Below are positions 11,820 to 23,420 of a stretch of 64,000 nt of DNA, in pieces. Source of the stretch: Chiloscyllium plagiosum (taxonomy: Eukaryota); contig NC_057720.1 of assembly GCF_004010195.1 (NCBI RefSeq), positions 16,079,301 to 16,143,300 on the forward strand. The letters are read 5' to 3'. A model generated the notes under the pieces. That model made no database searches and was not told the DNA's origin. It saw only the letters and a program-made list of their open reading frames with translations. Position 1 is the stretch's first letter; every line of letters starts with the position of its first letter. The position numbers and the translations under genes are program-made.

Positions 11820-13458
11820 GTTTCGAGGAAATACGAGTGAGACAGTGCTCTGGGTGATGAAACGTCAGAATCGAGTGATACTCAGCTACAGTTAAAGCAG
11901 CTTGAACATGAAAAGAGCATAAAGAAATTGGAGATGGCAGTAAAAGAGAAATAAAGAGCAAAGAAAGGTAAGGAAGGGGAAGCAGAAATCAGAAGTGAGG
12001 AAATGGACATGAGAAAACTGAAATTAGAATTGCAAAGGAAAGTAAAGAAAGACAAGACAGAAGAAGACAGAATATGAATAGCATCTTGAAACTATGCAGT
12101 TGAAATGGGCAACATCTGACACTAACGTATAACTCGATAGACAGAAAATTATTCATCATTGAAGTCTGGTAAGGAAACGTTTAATTCTACAGAGGCCCTT
12201 CCAAAATTTGAGGAAAACATTGTAGAGACATTCTTCATGTCATCTGAGAAAATGGCCAGACAAGTAAATTTGGCAAAGAAGAGTGAATATTGCAGAGAAA
12301 TTGGCAGGTAAAACGCAGGAAATGTATGTTTCACTGTCAGAGGAACTTTCTCAGAATTACGATGTTAAGAATAAAACTATATTAGCTGCATGAGATTTAG
12401 TGCCTGAGGCTTAAGGGCAAAGGTTCCAGAATTTAAGGAAACAATGAAGGGAAACCCGTATTGGATTTGAAAGGGTTAAACGAAGTGATTTTAACAGGTG
12501 GATCCGAGTACTGTAAGTTGTGACCGCATATGAAGTTCAGAGAAGCTATTCCCTCAGAGAAATTCCAAAACTCCCTACTGAGGATGATAATAATCTATGT
12601 TAAGAATTAAAGGCATGCAACTGCTAGACAAGTAGTAATAATGACTGCCGATTATCAGTTAATTCATAACATTAAATGTTTTCTATGTCACCTTCATGAA
12701 TTTGTATCGTTTAGGGAATGGGAGAGTGTAATGAAGGTAAGTAGCCAGGGTAAAGAATGAATAACTGGAGTTTACTCCCTCCATCAGATCAGAGAGTGGA
12801 GGAGAGAATGGGAAGCCAAACTGTTTCCTTTGTAATAAAGTTGGACACATTCATTCAGAATGCTGGAAGTTGTGAGGAAAAACCCATGGGACTTCTTGGA
12901 GTTTGCCAGAATGAGTCTGAAATGAAGACTCAGAAGGAAAAAGCCATAGGTCAGACTGCAATTTTTACTTAAACTAAGAGACCACAGGTAACCACAGATG
13001 TGAGTGCAGAAGAATTACATGTGATAAATGAGAGATATGAAGAGTTTTGCCTTAGTGAACCCCAAAGCATCGAGCATCCAAACCTATTACTATAATAAAA
13101 GATACAGGAGTTACTTAAATTCTCTTTCTAGAGGATTAAGTTTTGCTTCCAGACAGTTCACTGAAACCCAAAGAGTTGTTAAAAGGTTAGCTCAATGGGA
13201 TAGTTCTATTGTGCAAACTCCAATAGATGGGTGACTTGTTGTCAGGATTAGTCGGTAGTTGGGGTAGAAGTTACTTGTGGAGGGAGTTGATTTACTCCTG
13301 AGGAATGATCTAGCAGGAGTGAAAATTAGACCTTTGCCTATTGTCACAGAAAGTCAAGTTGGGGCTAAATAGTCAGAACATTTGCAAGAATGGGCTCCGG
13401 GTATTTTTCCATTGCGTGTAGCGACCAGAGAAATGGCTAAATGAAGTTCATCATCAGA

Positions 13459-13643
13459 AGGCTAGAATAGTTGCAACATTTAAAAGGCATTTGGATGGGT
13501 ATATGAATAGGAAGGGTTTGGAGGGATATGGGCCAGGTGCTGGCAGGTGGGACTAGATTGGGTTGGGATATCTGATCGGCATGGACGGGTTGGACCGAAG
13601 GGTCTGTTTCTGTGCTGTACATCTCTATGACACTATGACTCTA
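13459..13643 (+). mobile_element. CR1 3' end inserted in the Gypsy element
   Basis: Nearly identical to the 3' end of 46055-46839; CTATGA-type tail. Confidence 0.9.
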
Positions 13644-13784
13644 AGTCAAAATAATGACACAAGTAGATGTTACTATAGTTGAAACTCATGAAGAATAAGT
13701 GTGTATCATGTCTTATTCAATATTCTTCATCCTAGTCAACTTTAGTGTCTCTTCCAAGTGCCTCTTCAATGTGAAGGATTACTG

Positions 13785-14090
13785 AGTTACCAGCCAAATT
13801 GCAATGGGGTGATACATGTTAAGCAGCAGGAGATTTCTTTGCCCATGTTTAGCCTGTAGCCATAAGACTTCATCAGGTCTGGGGTCAATGTTGAAGACTC
13901 CCAGGACAAATCCCTCATGACTGTATACCACTGTGCCTCCACCTCTGCTAGCTGTGCTCTATCAGTAGGACACGACATACCCAGGGATGGTATTGTCTAG
14001 GACATTGTAAAGTATGATTCCATGAGTATGACTTTATCACGCTGTTGTTCAGTACTCTGTGAGACATCTCCCAATTTTGGCAAGTGTCCA
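13785..14090 (-). mobile_element. LINE APE-endonuclease fragment
   Basis: Reverse strand reads TIPGYV...SRGGGTVVY...EVLWLQAKHGQRNLLL. Confidence 0.7.
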
Positions 14091-14589
14091 GTGCCTTAAT
14101 CGATACATCGGCATCTTTCCAACTTTGTAATGGTTGCTATAACTTTGTTTCAGTTAAAGCCAGAATTTCAATCTGTAATCATGTCACAAATAAGAAGGGT
14201 CTTGTTGAAGACAGAGTGGATACTTTGGAAGGAAATGCAAAGAAAATTGATGAGGATTAACCTGATTATAGATCTCAAGAAGATGGTAGTTGGACAGGCT
14301 GGAGAGCATGAGAAGAAGAATCGAACAATTAACCACTCGCAGACTTATTCAGTGGGAATGTTATTGCAAGAGAAGGTGATACATTTGGAGCTGCTGCTCA
14401 TAAAGCCATGACAATGGACACATTGGACCCTGCAGTGAATGTGCAAAAGAGACTCAGAGCATAAATATGGGATAATCCAATGGAGATTAATATCTGGAGC
14501 AGTGGTAGAAGATTTGACAGTTGATAAAAGGAAAATAAGAGGGTTGTGACAAGTGCCAAACACTTGTAAAGCAGAGAGATCAATGTTGC

Positions 14590-14930
14590 CAAGCAAAGGC
14601 TGCCAACTTCATCAAAGATCCCACCCAACCCAGTAATGCTCTCCTAAAACCTCTTCAGTCAGGTAGAAGATACAGAAGCTTGAACACACACACTAACAGG
14701 TTCAAGAATAACTTCGTTATTAGACTGTTGAATAGACTGTCAAACTTCAAATGATGTTGATCTTGCTCTGTGCACCACCTGTGCAGTGCAACCTGTATGC
14801 CTCACTCTGTCCAAGCACCCTATGATCTGTCTGCCCTTGTTTGCTATAATTTGCCTGTACTGCTCACAAACAAAGCTTTTCACTGTACTTAGGTACACAT
14901 GACTACAATAAATCAAATCAAATCAAATCA
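14590..14930 (+). mobile_element. Rex1/Babar-like LINE 3' end
   Basis: AANFIKDPTQP...SGRRYRSLNTHTNRFKNNF, then AATAA(ATCAA)n tail. Confidence 0.85.
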
Positions 14931-15174
14931 CCTTATAACAATGACATATTCAGATGTTTTTACTGAAAATGTCAAATAATTTTCCTGGATTTCTTACGTT
15001 TCATTTAAGAGGGTCACACATGATCTGAGATAACCCAACGGCAGAAGATGCATCCAATATAGATCCTATCTGGGGGGGGTTAGTTAGAAATCACAAAATG
15101 GTTATCTGCATGCACAGCTCACTCTGTATACGTGGTGATTATCGTTACCTATGTGGTTCTGTCCCCATAATAAA

Positions 15175-15762
15175 AGTCAAGCTGCAGTATAAGTGTTCGG
15201 GCTGAGCCTTTCTGCTCCAGGCTGGCCACATTCTTTATCTCTCTCACCTCTCTGCTTTCGGCCCTTTTATTTTTCTTTATCTTCATCCTTCTTACATCAG
15301 GGGGAGGCCAAAGGAGCATTGGTGGGAACTCCTGGCTTCGTAGGTCCAATGCATGGACTCCTGGAATGGCAGCTGAGCATGGGCTGCAGCAATGGCAGAG
15401 CAGGGATTCCTGAGCTCACTAGGCCCAGAGCATGGACGGTGGCAGCGGGGGCACAGACTGTGGCAGTGTTGGTGCCCAGAGCATGGACTCTTGGAGGTGA
15501 CAGGCCACTTGACAGCAGTGGGCCGTCAACTGTGATGATGTCAGTGCCTGGAGGAGGAACTCATGGCTGCTGTAGGCCCAGGGTGGGCACCTTGCAAAAA
15601 TCCTGCAGCCATGTTTGGGACCCCAGTTGATGAAGAAGGACTCTGTTTAAGTACTTTCTTTTATTCTTCTTGTACCCTCAAAATGGTGTTGGATTCTTAC
15701 AATGAAACATTGTATTTCCTAGATACATGTGACAATAAATAAAGCATTCAGTCATTCATTCA
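15175..15762 (+). mobile_element. Putative non-autonomous retroelement with Rex1-like tail and GC-rich internal repeats
   Basis: Internal CCCAGAGCATGGAC repeats; ends TACATGTGACAATAAATAAA and (CATT)n; architecture similar to 35365-35985. Confidence 0.45.
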
Positions 15763-17329
15763 CTGAAGTAATTAGCAGGAGAACTTTGGGATCAGAGAAG
15801 GGTGATCAAGAGAAAATGCCACCAGGGTTTATCAGGTTGCTGCTTACCTACAAAACACTTCCTGAAGCTTCTCCGACTGGAAGACTCCCATTCCCACAAT
15901 GGATTGGTTATATGTGACATGGATCCACCATGTCAGTGATTGGTGTATGTGCCATTATTCATTCACCAACAGAACCTGGCTTTGCCAGACCTTATCGAGA
16001 AAGTAATAAATCAGACCTGGTACTAACCTGTTGAAATACAGGAAGAGGTAGTTTCTGTGGGGAGGTTTGAGAGTCAAAACACATGATTCTGAGTTCAAAT
16101 CTCCTCAAAATATTATTGCTTGAAGAGGGTAAGACTTGTGCTGATGACTAGGTTGCTGAAGAAAAGGGTTAATGTCACCTTGCCTGCTCTGGTGAGGCTG
16201 TTGAACCTCTTATAGGACTGGTAGGCAATCCTTGAGGTGAGAGATGATGTTTGGTGCCATTCAGGCACCATCTCCCTCCAAATGGGATAAGGAACATTCC
16301 TGGCTGGCTTGCTGGCATTACCACCAGGAGACTGTGCCTCCTCACTCTAATTTTCTCTATGGAGCTGAAGCATCAGGTCCTTCTGTCTGGATGTTTTGCC
16401 TGGCTGCAATGCTTTCTCCAGAGGGTTCTGCTGTAAATACTTTTGGTAAGTAATAAATGGTTTAAGGATCGTGCAGCAAAGTTATTTGAGAGTCGGGTGA
16501 GTGAATCAAACAGCACCCCTTCATTGCCTAGTTGTTCTTCTAGTCCACTGTGGAAGCATTGGGGCAAAGTCATCTCTTTAAAAAGCTGAACTTCAGTTTT
16601 CCCACAATGTACATACAGTGTCTCATATGGGATTCATGGAAATCATTAATTGATGTGCAAATGAACCAATCCAAGAAACTCATGTTAATACCTCCCCAGA
16701 CCATCAGTGGGTGCCAAATACATTTCCACTGATGTAAAACCAGAGCAACACACCACATGGAAATTCTCCCCCCATATGTTTATTGTGCAAATCTGTTGAT
16801 ATTAGTGAGTAATGTGCCTTTAGATGTGCTTGCAAATATTTATTCTGAAAATCTGTTGTTGGTGCTTATTAGTTTGACTTGTTGGATGTATTTTAGATAT
16901 TTTCTGTGCAAATCTGCTAGTGTGGGTGATTTCTCTGCCTCATAGAATTTAACTGCAACTGTTTACTGTGTGAATGTTTTCACAATATAATGATAGCACT
17001 CTATAATCTTACAGTGTACCATGCAGTATTATAATGCCACAACGTTTTCCTGTCCCGTAGAAAAGTAAATATTTTTGATTGTGTAAAATGTAGATTTATT
17101 GCCAGCTGTTTAAAGTTTTTAATTTCTTTTTTTGGGAATTGGGTCAATTGTTGCCCATCTCTGATGCTGAGGAACCCCAGGCTTACTGCAACCTATGGGG
17201 TGAAATTGCAGTTGAAATGAAAAGCAGCTGGCTTACAGTAATCTGCGTAGAGTGATGCTATCATTTCAAATGTCACATAATCATGAAGGTGCTGATGTAA
17301 GTTGAAGGTTCTAAGGGTGAAGTTATAAA

Positions 17330-17720
17330 AAGAAAGACTTGCATTTACACGACATCTATCACAATCACAAAAAGCAACTTGCAGCGAACAAAATATCTTT
17401 GAAAGACTAATCGTTGTTGAAATGTAGGAAATGCAGCACCCAATCTGTGCACAACAATTTCTCAAAACCAGCAAAGTGATGCTAATTGAGGAATAAATAT
17501 TGAACAGGACAATGGAAGTGACTCCCCACTTCTTTCTCAAAATAGTGCCATCGGATCTTTTATATTCACCCGAGAATGCAGATATGACTTTGCATTAAAA
17601 TGTCATCCACATCACAACATCATCAGCAGTGCAGCACCCTCACAACACTGCACTATCAGCATTGACTTGCTGAGCACAGGTCTCTAGAGTGGGGTGATAC
17701 TTGCTTACTGCAGTGACAGA
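17330..17720 (-). mobile_element. Deu-domain-like SINE (SacSINE1/AmnSINE-like)
   Basis: Reverse strand has GGGTGAATATAAAAGATCCGATGGCACTATTTTGAG and a TAAATGCAAGTCTTTCTTT tail. Confidence 0.6.
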
Positions 17721-17779
17721 GAATATTGGCAAGACCACAGCTAGAGTACTGTGTGCACATTTCAAGACATTGGCCTTGT

Positions 17780-18395
17780 GGTATTATTGCTAGACTGTTG
17801 ATCCAGAGACTCAGATCTTGTTCTGGGAAGTCAAATTTGAATTCTGCCGTAGCAGAAGATGGAATTTTAATTCAGTAAACCTTTAGTATAATGAATCAAT
17901 CGTTCAATTCATAGAATCCTTATGGCGTGGAAACTGGCCCAACAAGTCCACATCAACCCTCCGAAAAGCATCCCATCCCCACAACCCTACTCCATATTTC
18001 CCATGACTATCCTACACATCCCTGAACACCATGGGCAATAGCATGACCAATTCACCTAACCTGTACATCTTTGGACTGTGAGAGGAAACCATCGCAAACA
18101 TGGGGAGAATGTGTAAACTCCACACAGACAGTCACCAAAGGCTGGATTCAAACCCGGGTCCCTGGCGCTGTGAGACAGCAGTGCTAGCCACTGTGCTGCA
18201 CCATTGTTGATTGTTGGAAAAGCCCATCTGGTTCACTAATGTCCTTTAAGAAAGGAAACTGTCATCCTTACCGGTCTGGCCTACATGTAACCCATAATAG
18301 TATGATTGACTATTAACCGGCCTCTGGGCAATTAGTGTTGGGCATAAATGTTGGCCTAGCCACCAATGCCCTCATCCCATGAATGAATAAAGATA
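17780..18395 (+). mobile_element. SINE family 2, interrupted by an HE1-like SINE
   Basis: Halves 17780-17907 and 18203-18395 match the uninterrupted copy at 30510-30850. Confidence 0.7.
17908..18202 (-). mobile_element. HE1-like V-SINE
   Basis: tRNA-derived head, V-domain TGTGTGGAGTTT(A/G)CACATTCTCCCC, CR1-like tail. Confidence 0.85.
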
Positions 18396-18399
18396 AGGT

Positions 18400-18735
18400 T
18401 AACTAGACTATTACAAGGGATGGCAGGACTGTACTGTGAGTTGACATTGGTTTGTCGAAACTTATGTTCACTCAAGTTCAGTAAAATGAGAATGGATGTG
18501 ATTGAAACATGTAAAAGTCTAACAGTGTGAGACAGAATGTTTCTGCTGGCTGGAGAGTGTAGATTCAGGACTCACAGTCTCAGGAAATGAACTGGGCCAT
18601 TTTTAGGATTGACAGGAGGAAACATTTCTTCACTGAAACGGTAGTGAGTCTGTGGAATTCCCTACCACAAAAGGCAGTAGTCTAGGTCATTGAGTATATT
18701 CAAGAAAGAGTTTGATAAATTTTCTGGTTTTAGAA
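18400..18735 (+). mobile_element. CR1 3' fragment
   Basis: AGGAAACATTTCTTCACT...TGTGGAATTCCCTACC, homologous to 5280-5580. Confidence 0.75.
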
Positions 18736-18761
18736 GAGAAAGCAGATGGCAGATCAGCCTA

Positions 18762-19102
18762 GGGTGGCATGGTGGCTCAGTGGTTAGCACTGCTACCTCA
18801 CAGGGTCCTAGATTCGATTCCAGCCTTGGACGTCGATCTGTGTGGAGTTTGCACGTTCTCCTCATTTCTGCGCTGGTTCCCTATGAGTGGTTTAGTTTTC
18901 TCCCATAGTCTGAAGATGTGCAGGTTTGGTGAATGGGTAATTCTAAATTGCCCCATTGTTTCCAGCAAGGGACCTGTTGGCTGTGTAGGTTAACAGTGAT
19001 AAATGCTGGGGAGTGGGGTGGGGCAGGTTGCTTTTGGGGGATCGGTGCAGACTTGATGGGCCAAATGGCCTCTATCTGCACTGTATGGGTTCTATGATTC
19101 TA
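18762..19102 (+). mobile_element. HE1-like V-SINE
   Basis: A box TGGCTCAGTGG, B box GATTCGATTCC, V-domain, TTCTATGATTCTA tail. Confidence 0.88.
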
Positions 19103-19711
19103 AGATCAGGAACATGTGCAGGTGAATGAACACTAACAGGCTTTTTGAAGAAAGCATCATACAAGAGTAAGAGGTACTTGGTAAGAGAAGGAGCCCTACA
19201 CCTTCAGTTCCATGTGATCTGATATCACAATCATTTCGCTCCTCACACATAGGCTCAGCAGCTATTCTCAGAGTAAAGATATCACGAACCCCTTAATCCA
19301 CATTCTTTTCAAAGACAAGTTAAATTGTGATCCTGAGTGTCCACTCAGGTGGATGTAAAAGTCCCCATGACATCCCCATGAAAGAACAGTGGAAATAATC
19401 TACCTGGTGCCCTGACCAATATGTATGTGATCATCAGAACAGCATCCCTCTGCTATTGTGGAAAACTAAGGCTGGAGCATGTCAGGGTTCCTGTGCACCC
19501 CACTCCAGGTAGAAAAGTCAGCAAAGAGTCCACCTCTGCCCTCTGGCAGGTTTCCCTGTAACATTTAAACAGCCATCCCAGTTGTTAGTTTAAGGTGATA
19601 TTTCTATCCCATTCTGGACAGAAATTGCCACTGTCAGAAACTGCCAATTAATCAAATTGTTGGCAGCTCCCTGGCCCCAGCAACATCACCAGTAGTCTTT
19701 GCTGGGATCAA

Positions 19712-19941
19712 CTAGGCAAAAGTGAGGACTGCAGATGCTGGAGATCAGAATCTAGATTAGAGTGGCGCTGGAAAAGCACAGCAGGTCAGGCAGCATCCGA
19801 GGAGCAGGAAAATCAATGTTTCGGGCAAAAGCCTTTCATCAGGTCATTCCTGATGAAGGGCTTTTGCCCGAAACATCAATTTTCCTGCTCCTCGGATGCT
19901 GCTTGACCTGCTGTGCTTTTCCAGTGCCACTCTAATCTAGA
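19712..19941. mobile_element. Penelope-like fold-back element with hammerhead cores
   Basis: 93-bp inverted arms 19751-19843 and 19849-19941 with loop TCATT; unpaired tail 19712-19750; core CTGATGA-A-GGGC-TTTT-GCCC-GAAAC-ATC at 19850-19877. Confidence 0.88.
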
Positions 19942-20329
19942 CTTTGTCTCTGGGATCACATGACAGTGTGGAACCATGGAGTGGGAGTTAAAGTTAGGTG
20001 GAGGTGGAGGGATGCAGCGCCCAACATGTCCAGGCTATCAGACCGTGGTGATGGGATTCAGAAGCTTTGAGACTGGGTTCAGGCTTTGGAGGGAATAAGG
20101 GTGGCAGCAGAGGGGGAGGGCTAAATATGGGGTCCTTTAGGTGACCATTAATGGACATTAACTGTCTTATTTGCACCTTCTCCGCCAATAGGAAAATTGC
20201 AGCAATGACAGTGGCAAGCAAGTGGGTGACAAGCATTGTGCCCACGATGTTCAATTTTATGTCCCCCTCCCGTCAACCCAGCAAAGGTGTTCAAAACATT
20301 GAGAGTTTACTGTGTGTCATTTGGATGCT

Positions 20330-21260
20330 GCCCATTTCTGCATGACAGAACTCTCACCACTCTAAAGGGAGGGAGTTCCAGAGTTCCATCTAGCGTCGGT
20401 GAAGAAGCAGTGCTATAGTTCCAAGTCACGCTATTGTGTGGTTCAGTGGGGAACTTGAAGGTGGTGGTGTTCTCATGTATTTGATTTTATCCTTGCACAG
20501 GATGTGGCCATCAGCCTCGAGGTCAGAATTGGTTGCCCATCCCAACGGCCCCTTGAGAAAATGGCAGTGAGCTGTGATTCTTGAGGTTTAGGTACACCTC
20601 AGTGCTGTTCAGGAGGCAGTGCCAGCATTTCAACCCATGGACATGGGAAGGTCCAGTTAGTTTCTCTTCAAGGTAACTCTCAAGATGCTGACAGCAGGGG
20701 ATTCAGTGATGGTTATGCCATTGAACATCGAGGCAATGATTAGATTCTCTTTTGTTGGAATTGGTCATTTCCTGACATTAATCTTACTTGCTGCTTATCA
20801 GCCAAGTCTATGTTTGCTGTACACCCTCAGAGTGAACAGATGACCCTTCAGAACTAAGATGAGATATTTCTTCAGTGTGAGGGTAGTGAATGCGTGAACT
20901 CGTTGCCACAGAGAGCTGTGGAGACCAAGTCATTCAGTGTATTTAAGAAACGGATAGAAGATTGTTGACTAGTAAAGGGATCGAAGGTTACGTGGATAAG
21001 GCAGGAGAATGTGATTGACAAACATAGCACTAATGATCAAATGGCAGAACAGACTCCATGGCCAATGGCAAAATTCTGCTCCTATATCTTATGGCCATAT
21101 GAATATGAGCTGCTTCAGTGACTGAAGAGTCATGAATGATGCTGACAATTGAGCAATCATCATCAAACGTTCCCATTTCTGAACGTTTGATGGCTGGAAG
21201 GTCATTGCTGAAGCAGCTGAAGATGGTTAAACATAGGGCATTAACCTAAGGAACTCCTGC
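20330..21260 (-). mobile_element. L2/Crack-like LINE RT/3' region with a nested + strand CR1 3' end (~20845-21100)
   Basis: GGGAACTTGAAGGTGGTGGTGTTCTC is the reverse complement of the motif near 1525-1545; nested part has the CR1 3' UTR. Confidence 0.55.
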
Positions 21261-23177
21261 GTAAGTGTTGGTTTACTACCCCTTCAGTTGTAGAGAGCAT
21301 GGGGTGCTGTCAAAGGAACCTTGGTGATATGACAATGCAATTCTATATGACTGAAATGTGGTTTCCATTTTGCAGTAATGCAAAAGTGACAATATAATTC
21401 TACATCAGAAGCCTATCTGCTTCTCTGCGGTATTATGACACAACTGAATTTATAACTGAGTTTGCTCAGGCATCCAACAGTCTGAAAATTGGATTGCCTC
21501 AATGATGCATCTGTATCATCATTGATCTCTCACCACCTCACAATGTGCAAATGCTACAGACACTTGTTCCTGGTTAAAACAGTAGAGGAACCTAACACCA
21601 GGAGTAGGAAACTCACCCTCTTTCGTCTGCTCCATCATTTATTATAATCATGACTGATCTCATCTTGGCCTTAACTCCACTTTCCTGCCCTCTCCCCGTA
21701 ACCCTTTAATCCATTACTATTCAAAAATCAGTCGATGTCCTCCTTGAATTTACTCAAAGGACTGTGGGAGGAAACCAGAACACTTGTAGATAATGAATTC
21801 CACATATTCACAATCCTCTGCAAAAAGTAATTTCTCCTCATCTTTGTTTTAAATCAACAACACCTTATCCTAAGTTCTCCTGTCTTAGAAACAAGGGGTG
21901 TGGAACTTTCACAAAAGCAGAGAATTTCAATAGCTAAGTTTTAATTATGTGTATGGCAGCTGTTTTTCTTTTGAATCAATATGCATTCAGCTATTGGGTG
22001 GGATCCTCTTTGGAGGGTCAGTGTGACTTGATGGATCGAATGGCCTGCTTCCACAATATATGGATTTGATTATACTGATTAATTGCAAGAGCTAAAACAA
22101 AATCTAAACACATCAATTCACCATTAATTTTACCAGTTTTCCAATCCAACATTTACTCACTGTAGTGTCTCATACTCAAAACATCATTGGATGTGAAATA
22201 AAGCATAATATTTGTACCTCTTCGTTATCGTACTTTGTAATGCATCAATCATTGCAGTAAATGTTATTAAAATATTTATTTCATTGATAGAGGATAAAAT
22301 AGAGCATTATTGAGGGTTACAGTCAGAATTAAATATCACTGCAATCGACGAGTGAGCTCTGTTATTGGTTTGTTATAACTCAATTATTCCATGAGATATA
22401 AGGAGAGTAAGTGTGTCCAGATAATTGTTCTGTTGAAGCCTATTTACACTGTCTACTTATATGACAAGCATATCTCAAAGCTGCTACCCGATATGCATTC
22501 AGAACAGCAAAGCAAAACAATGAGTTACTAAAAGTCCTGATGTAGTTGCGATTGTACTGAAAAGAAGGTCACTCAGTTCATATAGCCTTGTGGTATGCAT
22601 CTGACTCTACCTTTGAAGACCTGTCTCCAAATTAGAACTTACAATGGTGCAATTACTTTCTTTTTCGAATGCAGCCCTTGTATTTCATCTTCAAAAAAAT
22701 GTAAATGAACAGGTCTCTCAAGCAAATGAAGGCAGATGAATGGGGAGGGCAGAGAGCAAGGTAGAGACAGATAACATTGAGGGACATAGACAAAAATACA
22801 TTTACAGATTACTTAGCAAAGACTGCATCCCAACAAATGGAATGTAAATTATGAATCCAGTATGTCACATAAATCAACAATTGATTCTCAACATCTGAAG
22901 TTTAGTTCGTTAATAATTCTTGATTTTTGAGCACAGTGAGGCTTGAAATGTAGATTCATTCCTTATCCAACATTACTCTCTGAGAACAGGCTAATTTTTC
23001 CACTTTCGTTTCTCATATGATGTGAGGCAAGACAGAATTTTAGCTTCTCTAAGGGATGTCGGTTAGATGTACAGGTTGCGCAGCCAGGAGACACAGTCCA
23101 TTTTAACAGCTTGCCTGAGCATCTGCTGGCTAGCTGGCCACCTGAATAGCTCACTGCCTTTGGCACCTACAAAGAGA

Positions 23178-23420
23178 TTCATAGAAACATAGAAGAACGG
23201 AGCAGGAGGTGGCCATTCGGCCCTTCGAGCCTGTTCTGCCTTCATCACAATCGTGGCTGTTTGTCCAACTCAATAGCCTATTCCAGCAAACCTTTGATCC
23301 CATTCACCCCAAGAGCTATATCTTGCCACCTCGTGAAGATATTCAATGTTTGGCATCAACTACTTCCTATGGTAATGAACTCTACAAGCCTACCACTCTT
23401 GGGTGAACAAAGTCTCAACA
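23178..23420 (-). mobile_element. CR1 3' end
   Basis: CATAGAAACATAGAA tail and GGCCATTCGGCCCTTCGAGCCTG. Confidence 0.8.

Larger units (their letters stand above)
9141..13690 (+). mobile_element. Decayed Gypsy LTR retrotransposon (gag-protease), interrupted by hAT and CR1 insertions
   Basis: Gag start 9284-9427; LPKFEENIVETFF (~12200), DLVPEA*GQRFQNLRK (~12395), zinc knuckle CFLCNKVGHIHSECW (~12822-12866), protease IIKDTG (~13092-13109), GVDLLLRNDLAG (~13283). Confidence 0.88.

Noticed and set aside
15193..15630. 145-aa ORF as a real gene
   Set aside because: Lies in a GC-rich repetitive element; no recognisable domain
18762..18835. tRNA gene
   Set aside because: A and B boxes belong to a SINE head continuing into the V-domain; no complete cloverleaf
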